A DNA stretch of 64,000 nt, from contig WJMJ01000071.1 of the NCBI GenBank assembly GCA_014728035.1, positions 1 through 64,000 on the forward strand, read 5' to 3'. Positions 38,540 through 47,964 of the stretch are shown piece by piece (within the stretch, counting starts at the first letter, position 1; each line of letters opens with the position of its first letter). A program made the translations under genes and the position numbers. The DNA comes from Promethearchaeota archaeon (GTDB lineage Archaea > Asgardarchaeota > Thorarchaeia > Thorarchaeales > Thorarchaeaceae). The notes under the pieces were generated by a model, which was given only the letters and a program-made list of their open reading frames with translations, searched no databases and was not told the origin of the DNA.

Positions 38540-40207
38540 ATGGATGTACATCCTATACTTGTTGATGGAGAAGAAATAGACACTGGGAAGTACACTTTCT
38601 TTCCTGACATGGATAAGGTAATACTAGATCCAGGTTTGGCAATTGCGTTACAGATGCGAGCAGCATCAAAAAGCCAACGCTTTGTTTTTTCTCGAATGCC
38701 TGGGCTCATTCCTTCAAAAACTGCGGAGATGCGATATCTTCGAGATTATCGAAAAGCACATGGTGTTCCAAAGTATAGCAAAGATGAACTTGATGACATT
38801 CTCTACGCTAAAATTGCTTTATCCCGTGATTCTGATATCAATAATGCGATTGCAGCAGGCGTCCGGGACCATCATGCATTATTCAATCCTTTCAGACGTC
38901 CCAGTATGGGCGTAACTCTTGATGATCGTGTTGACGCATTATACAATGCTGGATTGGCTGTAAAACAAGAATTTGAAACCGTACGGGAGATTTCAGTAAA
39001 AGAAGGTGTTCCGATAAAGACATTCGAATGGACTTGGAAAATGTTTACTGATTACCTTGAGAGAGAAACATTCGAACTGTGGGGAGAAGCACTAGATATT
39101 CGTGAAGACCCTGGACGTGATGGTGGTAAAAATTATCGATTTAGAGAACCTTATGGTGTATCCTGTCTATTTACACCCTATAACTCTCCATTGGCACTCG
39201 GAATTCTTAGCATTACCTCTTCAATACTCGCTGGAAACTCGACTATTTTGAAACCTCCAAGCAAAGTTCCACTAAGTACTATTCTGCTTGGCCGGATTTT
39301 CATGAAGAAGTTTTTAGAGCTAGGTCTCCCTCCTGGAATACTACAATTGCTCACAGGAGGTGGGAAACGGATGATGAATCGTTTTATGTCTGATTCCAAT
39401 GTGGGTGCAGTAGTTTGGTATGGAGATAGTGATACTGGACTTATGTTGTGGTCCGAAGCAGTTAGTAAAAGGATTCAGATGGCTCCAGAGCTAGCTGGAA
39501 GTGATGCAAGTTTGGTGTGGGGATCTGATGTTGACCTTGAGTTTGCAGCTAAAATGATTGTGAAAGGCAGATACCTTGGCAGTGGTCAGGCATGTATGGC
39601 TGTCAAGCGTCTTCTTGTACAAGAATCGCTTCATGATGACTTACTGGAGCTTATCATCGAAGAAGCTGAAAAATTGCAAGTTGGACGTCCATCCGATCCA
39701 AAAGTTGGGTTACCACCAGTTGGCTTGACAGCATTGTACATACTTGTAGATCAAATAGAAGACGCTCTTGCAAAAGGTGCGAGAATTGAAACTGGTGGGT
39801 ATCGTTGTAATTATCTTGCAGAAAAGGACCCTGCAGGTTTATTCTATAAACCAACTGTTCTAACAAATGTGACACCAGATATGAGATTATTAAGAGAGGA
39901 AGTATTCGCTCCTGCTTTACCTGTTATGAAAGTAACCAGTGTTGATGAGGCCATTTCAATTGCTAACTCATCCCGTTTTGGTCTGAGATCTTCTATTTTC
40001 ACTGATGATATCGAAGTTCGTAATAAATGGGCAAAAGAAATACAGGCAGCAGGGGTAAATGTTGGGCAAGATCATCTCTATTTTGATCCCTATATGCCGC
40101 ATCTTGGGGGCTATAAGGACTCGGGGATAATTGGAGGCAAATACTTCCCAGAGATGTTAACTCGGATGAAATATGTCCATGTAGGTCCAGAAGTAGACTT
40201 TGTATGA
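38540..40207 (+). CDS. aldehyde dehydrogenase family protein
   Basis: EPYGV..TPYNSP, ILKPPS, PELAG, GQACMA catalytic Cys, EEVFAP, GGYKDSG. Confidence 0.9.
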   Translation: MDVHPILVDGEEIDTGKYTFFPDMDKVILDPGLAIALQMRAASKSQRFVFSRMPGLIPSKTAEMRYLRDYRKAHGVPKYSKDELDDILYAKIALSRDSDINNAIAAGVRDHHALFNPFRRPSMGVTLDDRVDALYNAGLAVKQEFETVREISVKEGVPIKTFEWTWKMFTDYLERETFELWGEALDIREDPGRDGGKNYRFREPYGVSCLFTPYNSPLALGILSITSSILAGNSTILKPPSKVPLSTILLGRIFMKKFLELGLPPGILQLLTGGGKRMMNRFMSDSNVGAVVWYGDSDTGLMLWSEAVSKRIQMAPELAGSDASLVWGSDVDLEFAAKMIVKGRYLGSGQACMAVKRLLVQESLHDDLLELIIEEAEKLQVGRPSDPKVGLPPVGLTALYILVDQIEDALAKGARIETGGYRCNYLAEKDPAGLFYKPTVLTNVTPDMRLLREEVFAPALPVMKVTSVDEAISIANSSRFGLRSSIFTDDIEVRNKWAKEIQAAGVNVGQDHLYFDPYMPHLGGYKDSGIIGGKYFPEMLTRMKYVHVGPEVDFV

Positions 40208-40219
40208 TTGTGAGTAAAT

Positions 40220-41551
40220 ATGATTGATACAGGTGAAAGAGACCGAATATTACGCACCCATACAATCAAAGTCTTGGTTAACTATGAGAGGTCTTCTCAA
40301 TCACTGAAATCTTTACTTAGAGAAAGATACGATTCTTTTAGCGAATTGAAACAACATCGTAATCTTGTTGATTCACTCTCTTATGGCACCATTACTTATC
40401 TTAATACGATTGATTGGTTAATCTCACATTCTGGTCCCAAATCGGCTAAACAGTTACCAATCCTTGAGAGAACTATTGCTCGTTTAGCTGTTTATGAGGG
40501 TAGATGGTTAAACACAAAGATGCGTCAATTGATAGAATATTACTTACATAAAATTCCTGAAATGATATCTCCTATTCGTAATGCAATCAATACTGATTTG
40601 GAAGAGAAATTATCTTCGTATCCACTCATTAATCGTCTAAGCATTGAATTATCTCATCCAACCTTTCTTGTTGAAACCTTGTTAGATAATCTATCACATA
40701 AACAGGCAATTGAATTGATGCGGACAAATAATGGACAAAGAAGCTACTTCATGAGAATAAATAAGCTACTCCAATCACAGGAGTCAGTTTTGGAAGATAT
40801 TCGAGAGCTTGGTATTGATTTTATTGAAGATTCAGACATATCTGGTTTGTATCTTATCCGTGATGGAATTACCCAGTTAGTTCAATCTGAATCTTTCAAG
40901 AAAGGATATGTTCTAATCCAAGACAAGGCTAGTGTTCAAACCGTCAAGCTTCTCAATCCTAAATCTGACGAGGTGATTTGGGATGCGTGTGCTGCTCCTG
41001 GAATGAAGACTCAATTGATATCTGAATACACCTCTTATCAAGGTACAATTTTCGCAACTGAAAGTTCTAATGAGAGAATAAGTATTGCGAAGAAAAGGGC
41101 GAATGATCTGGGGTATTCTTCAGTTAAATGGATTCTAGCTGATGCTTCTTCTGTTCCTATTAGAAACGCTGATAAAATTTTGATTGATGCTCCTTGTTCA
41201 TCCACTGGTATCTTGTGGAGTTATCCCTCTTTCAAATGGACTCTGAATAAGGATTCATTAATGGCGTTAATGGTTGTGCAAAATAAAATTCTTGATGCTA
41301 TCATTGAAGCATATGAGCATAAAATCGGGACCGAGTTAGTCTATGCAACATGTTCGATTTTACCTCATGAAGGTGAGTCTCAAATCGATTCTGTACTTGC
41401 TCGATATCCTTTCATTGAACTGATTAATCCTGATGGTACTGGATCCATGGGGTATCCAGCTTTCGATTGTGCATCTAGGATTCAGCGATTCTTTCCTCAT
41501 ATACACAATACAAGTGGATTCTTCATATCGCATTTCAAAATTACTGGCTGA
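40220..41551 (+). CDS. RsmB/Fmu/NOP2-family RNA m5C methyltransferase with NusB-like N-terminus
   Basis: IQDKAS, WDACAAPGMKT, IDAPCSSTG, YATCS, GFFI. Confidence 0.9.
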   Translation: MIDTGERDRILRTHTIKVLVNYERSSQSLKSLLRERYDSFSELKQHRNLVDSLSYGTITYLNTIDWLISHSGPKSAKQLPILERTIARLAVYEGRWLNTKMRQLIEYYLHKIPEMISPIRNAINTDLEEKLSSYPLINRLSIELSHPTFLVETLLDNLSHKQAIELMRTNNGQRSYFMRINKLLQSQESVLEDIRELGIDFIEDSDISGLYLIRDGITQLVQSESFKKGYVLIQDKASVQTVKLLNPKSDEVIWDACAAPGMKTQLISEYTSYQGTIFATESSNERISIAKKRANDLGYSSVKWILADASSVPIRNADKILIDAPCSSTGILWSYPSFKWTLNKDSLMALMVVQNKILDAIIEAYEHKIGTELVYATCSILPHEGESQIDSVLARYPFIELINPDGTGSMGYPAFDCASRIQRFFPHIHNTSGFFISHFKITG

Positions 41552-42470
41552 CTCGTCTTTGAACCGAGTCCATGACTCTCTCTGCAAATTGCTTGTCATC
41601 TTTGAAAGCCCAAGGTAGCTGGAAAAAGAGTTTTTGCGCATCGTTCATCGGCTCCTCCTCTCGGGTTACGAAAGCTTTGAAGATTAATTTGGTCCATTTG
41701 AACATCTTAGATTTATGCCATTTTTCCTTTTGTTCTGAAGAATTAGCTGTCTTAGTTAGATACACGAGACCCTCCTTTGGCCTACCAAGCATCAACTCCG
41801 CAAGAGCTGCCATACATGCAAAAGTGACTGCGTTTTGCATTATTCCGGACTTGATGTAATTCTCAGCCCCTTCTTTGTACTCCTTGAGTTTCTTTGCATA
41901 TAGTGCACGTCCATGATAAATCACCAAATCTTTTGTATCATCTATCTCTGCTTTTTTCAGACTGACTCCTTCGAGCAAACTTGCTTTCAATTCCGCCTGC
42001 ACATCTGAAACTGCAGCTGATGTTAGCTGTTGTTTAACAGCTGAAATAATGCCGTTTCCTGCATCGATGAGTGTTCGTTTTGGGCCTGGTTGCATGACAG
42101 TAGGGTCTCCTTCCTGTAAGGCATTTTCTAGCATCATCCGCGCATAAACAAAAAATTCGTATGCTTTATCGGGCATATTCATTTTTGTAGCAAAAGTAAT
42201 TGCCTTAGATATTGCTATGATTGCATTATCAGTTTCTTTCAGGTTTTCAAAATGAGTTGCAGAATCGACTAACCAGGGAAATGCATCGGTACTCTTTTGT
42301 TTAATTGCATCTTGACCTCTAGAAAGTGATGTATAGGCATCAATACAAATGACTGATAGATCCGAACGTTTGCATTTAGCTTTAACCTCCCCATTGGATA
42401 AAACCACATTTCGCAATTTACAGGAAGGACCTCTTGATGAAGCTTCCAAGAATTTACAATCATCAGTCAT
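41541..42470 (-). CDS. alpha/gamma-SNAP-like helical-repeat protein with N-terminal Cys4 element
   Basis: SNAP/TPR-like spacing [28 protein letters not shown] and [24 protein letters not shown]; start at ATG 42470 or 42518. Confidence 0.55.
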   Translation of the reverse strand: [309 protein letters not shown]

Positions 42471-42603
42471 AATTTCAGCTCCGGTTATTGAATCTATCAG
42501 GTTGTCTATAGAATTCATTGTATCATGTACTAAAAAACCAATTCTCGTTGTATCGGTAAGCTTAACAACTATTTACAGTGGTCTGGTGACGAGGTTCTCT
42601 TAA

Positions 42604-42996
42604 TTGACTGACGATGACTCAGAATTGGCTATGATTCGTAAAAAGAAGATGGCCAAACTGATGGCCAAAGAGAAGGCACTCAAAGAAAAGCGTGAACATG
42701 CAGAGAAAGTTCAAAATGAACGAGACCGTCTTCTTAAACGATTTACAGCTCCTGATGCACTTCAATATCTAGAAGGATTATCTAAAACTGAACCAGCTGT
42801 AGCGAAAAGAATTGAAGAGATTCTTCTCTATCTCATAGTTTATCGTGGATTCAGACAGACTATTAGACAACTGGATATTCGTTACATTGAACGACAAATT
42901 AAAGGTGAAGAACCCAAAATCCGTATCCAACGAGATGGCGAAACATCAGATTTTGGATCCTATGTGAGAGAGGCAATAAAGAAAGGAGAAGAATAG
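42604..42996 (+). CDS. PDCD5/TFAR19-like DNA-binding protein
   Basis: DSELAMIRKKKMAKL, LLKRFTAPDA..L..L...PAVAKRIE, KIRI. Confidence 0.8.
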   Translation: MTDDDSELAMIRKKKMAKLMAKEKALKEKREHAEKVQNERDRLLKRFTAPDALQYLEGLSKTEPAVAKRIEEILLYLIVYRGFRQTIRQLDIRYIERQIKGEEPKIRIQRDGETSDFGSYVREAIKKGEE

Positions 42997-42999
42997 ATT

Positions 43000-43899
43000 C
43001 TAAGCGAGCGCTTCAGCTCGACCTTTCCACTCTCTTATAGTGTATTTCAATTCTTCCCGATCGCCCTCTTTCTTTCTCCATGCTCCAGCTGTCCTTCTCA
43101 TCTGAAATATTAAAGCACCCCCACGGGCCATTTTTGTTTCTAGGATGTCCACTGCAGTTTCTAGAGCTTTCACTATGTTTTCTGTTCCCTCTGCTTTTTC
43201 TACAATATCTTCTAAATTATCGAAAATATCTGACGGTTCCCAAGTCTTCCATTCCTCCGCTGGAATCTTGACTTCTCTGTATTTCTTTCCGGGAATTGCT
43301 GTTGTACCCTCTCGTAGTTCAACCTCTCCTGCTGACTGAAGTTCATCCAATATTCTCAACGCTTCAGATACATCAATTACCAATGTTGAGGCAATTTCAT
43401 CAATTCTGACAGAACGTCGATTCAATACTATATTTAATATCTTGAATTTCGGATCTCCTACCGCAAGCACCGCATCTCTTAGCGAATCAATAGCTCCGGG
43501 TTCCTGATTTAGCACATCCGTTGCTGCCTCACTCAGAAGTTTCATATCGTCCTTCATTGCAGCTACTCTTCGTTCAGCGGTTTCCAATTTTTCCTTCATA
43601 GAATATTCTGCACCGCCAGGACGTTGCTTTGACATACTAGCAACTTGCTCTGCTTTCATACCTCTAATTTCTGCACCTACTGTATCTAAGGCTCCCTTTG
43701 TTTTTTCCAGCTCTGACCGTAGCATTCTAATTTCAGAATCTTTCTCAGCAATAGTTCGTTCAAGTGTTTGAACAGATTCATTTAGCTTGTGTGCTCTCCT
43801 GTGAGCTCCACTCAGCTGCGCTTCTAGAGAACCTACTTTTTGCTGGAGTGCAGTGATTTGACGGGTCTTATCACGTAATCTCTCTTGTGGGTCGCTCAT
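43000..43899 (-). CDS. coiled-coil + winged-helix protein
   Basis: ~130-aa heptad region then DPKFKILNIV...IDEIASTL...ALRILDELQSAGEV. Confidence 0.7.
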   Translation of the reverse strand: MSDPQERLRDKTRQITALQQKVGSLEAQLSGAHRRAHKLNESVQTLERTIAEKDSEIRMLRSELEKTKGALDTVGAEIRGMKAEQVASMSKQRPGGAEYSMKEKLETAERRVAAMKDDMKLLSEAATDVLNQEPGAIDSLRDAVLAVGDPKFKILNIVLNRRSVRIDEIASTLVIDVSEALRILDELQSAGEVELREGTTAIPGKKYREVKIPAEEWKTWEPSDIFDNLEDIVEKAEGTENIVKALETAVDILETKMARGGALIFQMRRTAGAWRKKEGDREELKYTIREWKGRAEALA

Positions 43900-43963
43900 T
43901 GCTCATCCCGTTTATACTCCTTCCTCGAAGATTAAAAGGAAATCTAGTGCAGCATCAGTTAAC

Positions 43964-44731
43964 ATGGAGTTATCCTCTTTGAAGCTATTCGATGCTCATA
44001 CTCACATTGATATGAAACATTACAAAAATGATCGCGAAATGGTCATTCAACGCGCGAAAGATACGGGAGTTGTTGGTATGGTCACCTCTTCGATAAATCC
44101 CGGTTCTTTCAGGCGAACCCTCGGTATTGTCCAAAAACATGATACGTATATTTACCATACAGCTGGATGTCAACCATCCCTTCTAAAACCGGCCGAAGCT
44201 GAAAAAATACTTCATCTTATTGACAAGTATGCTGATGACATCGTTGCAATTGGAGAAGCTGGTTTGGACTATCACTGGGTAAAAGACTCTAAGAAAAGAA
44301 AAGCCCAAGAACCGCTCTTTGAAAAATTCATTACTAAAGCACAAGATCTTGGTCTTCCCATCGTTGTGCATGCAAGAAAGGCAGAGGGTAGAGCTGCTGA
44401 TATTCTTGAAGAATACAATATGGAAAATGTGCTGATGCATTGCTATGATGGCCCATCAGAAGTTACACAACGAATTGTCAAAAACAAGTGGTATGTCACC
44501 TTACCTGCGAATTTTGGTAGATATAGAAATCGTGTTCAGGCTGCAGAAATGATCCCATTAGAGTTGATAATGTTAGAAACTGATGGCCCCTATTTATCTC
44601 CAGTTGAAGGAAGGAATGAATCTGCAAATATTATTCATGGTGCAAAATCACTTGCAGAAATTAAGGATATTCCAATAGAAGAAGCAGCCAAAATAACAAC
44701 TGAAAACGCTATTTCTTTCTACGGACTCTGA
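43964..44731 (+). CDS. tatD: TatD family DNase
   Basis: FDAHTH, AIGEAGLDY, VVHAR, MHCY, LETDGP. Confidence 0.93.
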   Translation: MELSSLKLFDAHTHIDMKHYKNDREMVIQRAKDTGVVGMVTSSINPGSFRRTLGIVQKHDTYIYHTAGCQPSLLKPAEAEKILHLIDKYADDIVAIGEAGLDYHWVKDSKKRKAQEPLFEKFITKAQDLGLPIVVHARKAEGRAADILEEYNMENVLMHCYDGPSEVTQRIVKNKWYVTLPANFGRYRNRVQAAEMIPLELIMLETDGPYLSPVEGRNESANIIHGAKSLAEIKDIPIEEAAKITTENAISFYGL

Positions 44732-44783
44732 AATCGATGCTCCTAAATGGAATTATGTACAGATTGAAATGGAATGAAATGAA

Positions 44784-45575
44784 ATGTATTCAAGGCGCTA
44801 TATGGACATAGCTTCTGACTCTCTCAAAAATCCGGTTGTTGTATTAGGCATGCCTGGTATCGCAAACGTTGGGACTATCGCAGTTAGGACATTGGTCAAA
44901 ATCCTAGATGCGAAACCCGTACTAGATTTTTTCAGTGAAGATTTCCCTCCAAGAATTATTGTAAGAAAAGGTATCACGCACTTTCCAAAGTCCACTATCC
45001 ATCTCTATCGAGCCGCACCAGATGAACCCCATGATATCCTTGTAGTAACTGCAGATTTTCAACCCTCTTCTGCAGCTGGTGTCTTTGAATATGCTGAATT
45101 CTTAGCACAAGAATTTTCTGCATTGAATGTTTCTTCTCTTTATGCTCTTGCTGCCTATGAGGTTAGTTACGAGAGTTTCTTCGATGCATATCCTTCTCCT
45201 CCTAGAGTCTATGTGTCTGCTGGCTCAGAAAAAACCCTCAGACAATTAGAAATGATCAGTGGAACCATCGTGTCTGAAGAATCTGTGATTAATGGAGCAA
45301 ATGGATTCATTCCAGCATGGGTTTCATCTATGTATGATATGGAAGGTGCTTGTTTATTGGGTGAAACTATGAGTGTCATAAAGAGGGACTTTCGAGCATC
45401 AAAGAAACTCCTTGAAATATTTGCTGAATTAGTGAAAGTCAAACTCGATCTCGAATTGCTTGAAGCTGATGTTCAAAAAGTGAAAGAATTCATTGAATGG
45501 GCTAAAAGTGAGATTTCTGAACGAATACCTCAAAAAGAAAGCGATGAAAGTCCACCAGATCGATATATTGGATAA
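44784..45575 (+). CDS. PAC2-family proteasome assembly chaperone
   Basis: LGMPGIANVGTIA, GANG, CLLGET, C-terminal YIG. Confidence 0.88.
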   Translation: MYSRRYMDIASDSLKNPVVVLGMPGIANVGTIAVRTLVKILDAKPVLDFFSEDFPPRIIVRKGITHFPKSTIHLYRAAPDEPHDILVVTADFQPSSAAGVFEYAEFLAQEFSALNVSSLYALAAYEVSYESFFDAYPSPPRVYVSAGSEKTLRQLEMISGTIVSEESVINGANGFIPAWVSSMYDMEGACLLGETMSVIKRDFRASKKLLEIFAELVKVKLDLELLEADVQKVKEFIEWAKSEISERIPQKESDESPPDRYIG

Positions 45576-45584
45576 ATGGACAAT

Positions 45585-45776
45585 CTACTCAACCAAGTTC
45601 GGATGTAGAATATCTGTAACCCACGCATTGCTGTCCAAATTGATGTAGAAATAGTGATCTTTGTGTTTGACACGTATAGTGAATGGAAATCTTTTTGCGC
45701 CTTCAACAATATGTGGTGGAACATCAAGAACAGTTCTTACTCCACATACTGGACATTTTGCGTATCTTTTCATCAT
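45585..45776 (-). CDS. small CxxC/HxxH zinc-binding protein
   Basis: KCPVCG...FPFTIRVKHKDH; GAGGGAG SD. Confidence 0.75.
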   Translation of the reverse strand: MMKRYAKCPVCGVRTVLDVPPHIVEGAKRFPFTIRVKHKDHYFYINLDSNAWVTDILHPNLVE

Positions 45777-45823
45777 TTACTCCCTCAAGAGCATATTGTA
45801 TTGATTGGACCTTGGTTTTTAAG

Positions 45824-46228
45824 TTATTCAGCACGGACTTTGCTTTCCGAACTTACTATAATCATTGAATTTACTGGTTCAGCCAGAGAGTCTGTCACAA
45901 GCTTGATGATCTCCTCCGGTGTTTTTGACACGATCTCTGTATCGTCAGTTGCAACAATTCTCAAGTTCTCATATACCCCTGATTCCACAAGAATTCTGAA
46001 ATCTCTATCTGATATTTTTCCTTTGAGGATAAAGAATTTATCAAAATCTTTGAATTCATCTTTTGGCCCTCTAAGAGTAGCTTTTATTTTTTCAATTCTT
46101 GAATTCTCTATGATTGGTTTGAGCAAATAAGCACGAATAATTCTATTTCCAACTTTTCTTCTGATATCTGTAAAAGTTTCTATTGTTCCGTCTTCTAATT
46201 TTAGTTTCCAAGATATCTTTGAACTCAA
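45824..46228 (-). CDS. hypothetical protein
   Basis: 134-aa ORF co-oriented with the Zn-finger gene; AGGTG SD-like site before TTG. Confidence 0.65.
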   Translation of the reverse strand: MSSKISWKLKLEDGTIETFTDIRRKVGNRIIRAYLLKPIIENSRIEKIKATLRGPKDEFKDFDKFFILKGKISDRDFRILVESGVYENLRIVATDDTEIVSKTPEEIIKLVTDSLAEPVNSMIIVSSESKVRAE

Positions 46229-46324
46229 TTCAGCACCTTGAGTTTTTTGTTACTATTTTGTAATATAGAGCTATGCTTGTTGTACTGAGAATAGATAGAT
46301 ATTTGACCCGCGGAATATCTTTAT

Positions 46325-47107
46325 TTGGTAGGAAGTAGTCTGTTTCATAGGTATATAGCAAAAGCTTCATGGAGTACAACTATTATGCTACAACCAGTAG
46401 ATTTGGCAATTAGAGAGGTACATATTGGGCTCTGGTTCTTAGTTGTTGGATATTATTTCTACGTCTTCACGTTTCTTCTTATGTTTAGATGGAGAGAATC
46501 AAGAAATCCATTTCAACTAGCTATGGCATTATTCTTTCTATTGTTAGCAATAGGTAGATGTTTCTACTTCGTGGGTGACTTTTATGCTGACCCCAGTTCA
46601 TTGTATAATGATTTGACAAGCGTTTTCGGAATGACACCTTTACTTCCTGATGTGAATCCGTGGTTGGCGGCTGGAGCGTTGTTTCAATGGATGGCTTTAG
46701 CGACTCTTTCTGCTACAGCTGGATTTATGATATTCGGTAAGCGCTGGGCTGAAATCGCTTTTGCAATCCCTGCAATATTAATCGGAATTATTCTTGCAGT
46801 TGTTCCAATGGAACCTCTCGTTAAGGGTATTCTCTCAGGTGGAGCAGGTGCAATTTATGCACTCTTTATCCCGTTGTTGTTTTGGTATCTTGCTTATCAA
46901 TCTGGAGGCATTCTACGAAGATCTAATTTCCTTCTTGGATTAGGGTTTATGGTATTATTTGCTGGTCGCGTTATCCATGCACTTCGACATGCTCTTGCTG
47001 ATGTGATTTTTGGAACATACACAATACCAGGAGTTCTAGCTCCAGGTCTTATTGTAATAGGCCTAATTCTAATTGCTACTGGAAATGAATGGGGCCAAGC
47101 TCAATAG
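46325..47107 (+). CDS. multi-pass (about 7 TM) membrane protein
   Basis: about seven hydrophobic segments, no soluble output domain; start probably ATG ~46385. Confidence 0.75.
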   Translation: MVGSSLFHRYIAKASWSTTIMLQPVDLAIREVHIGLWFLVVGYYFYVFTFLLMFRWRESRNPFQLAMALFFLLLAIGRCFYFVGDFYADPSSLYNDLTSVFGMTPLLPDVNPWLAAGALFQWMALATLSATAGFMIFGKRWAEIAFAIPAILIGIILAVVPMEPLVKGILSGGAGAIYALFIPLLFWYLAYQSGGILRRSNFLLGLGFMVLFAGRVIHALRHALADVIFGTYTIPGVLAPGLIVIGLILIATGNEWGQAQ

Positions 47108-47129
47108 TCAAAAATATAATTATTAACAA

Positions 47130-47150
47130 GCTCGGGCGAATCGCCTGAGC
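47130..47150. terminator. GC hairpin between convergent genes
   Basis: GCTCGGGCG-AAT-CGCCTGAGC. Confidence 0.55.
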
Positions 47151-47181
47151 CTGTGAATTTCTTGAATGCAGTATTAGAATT

Positions 47182-47796
47182 TTAGTTTCCTATCTCTTTC
47201 CATTCAAGCATTTCCATGTCTTCTAGTGTATTCAATGCTCGTTGTACGTCTTTTACCTCAACACCTAATTGATCTGCAATTGACCTCGTAGTAAGTTTCC
47301 CTTCGCACATCTTTGCGACATCATAGACTTTCTGAGTCATTTGTCCTAATCGAACTAACATTGGCGATACTTTTCCTTTTAACACTGGAACAATTGTTCT
47401 CAGCTCAGATGCTTTACCATGCTTGGTAATCTCGTCTATCCTTGAAACGAAGTCTTCAAACGGTTCCAAGTTGCCATCCCAATCATCCAGAAGATGTCTG
47501 TACATGTCGATAAATGCGTTGTTAACATCGGCTAGAACCGCCATTGCTGCATTCCCATCATCTACTTTATCTACCGTGGCTGCAACAATAACATTTTCTT
47601 TGAGAGATAGACAAATGTCGAAAGCTCCAAAATCAATAACATGTACTCGATTTCCTTCTGCTAATTCTCGTCCAAATTGAATCAGAGCTGTTAGAAATCC
47701 AGCAATAAGATTTGGATCCATGTCTGCTTTTCCATATTTGCGGTCAACTACGCATAGACCGCTTTCTGCTATCAGGATGTAGACCGCTTGAATCAA
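47182..47796 (-). CDS. longin-like domain + C-terminal wHTH protein
   Basis: VYILIAESGLCVVDRKY..DPNLIAGFLTALIQFGREL (Asgard longin-like pattern); C-term LTTRSIADQLGV..VQRALNTLE. Confidence 0.78.
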   Translation of the reverse strand: MIQAVYILIAESGLCVVDRKYGKADMDPNLIAGFLTALIQFGRELAEGNRVHVIDFGAFDICLSLKENVIVAATVDKVDDGNAAMAVLADVNNAFIDMYRHLLDDWDGNLEPFEDFVSRIDEITKHGKASELRTIVPVLKGKVSPMLVRLGQMTQKVYDVAKMCEGKLTTRSIADQLGVEVKDVQRALNTLEDMEMLEWKEIGN

Positions 47797-47964
47797 GGGA
47801 TATCTCTCCTAGTAATGACCTGTTGAGTATTACACACTTGGATATATATCAGTTCTCTATGTTAATCATAAAAGGATATTTCGGTGGTAAAATATCAACA
47901 TCCAAATGATAACAATGAAATGTTTTAGTCTTTCTCATTGATAATGGTTTTAACTTGAAGAAAG

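Noticed and set aside
44766-44786. GAAAT pentamer run before the PAC2 gene
   Set aside because: Four imperfect copies in AT-rich DNA; no evidence of function.
45824-46228. Plus-strand 158-aa ORF 45654..46130 as the real gene
   Set aside because: S/I/F-rich antisense-type composition and it overlaps the Zn-finger gene; the minus-strand ORF has normal composition and an SD.
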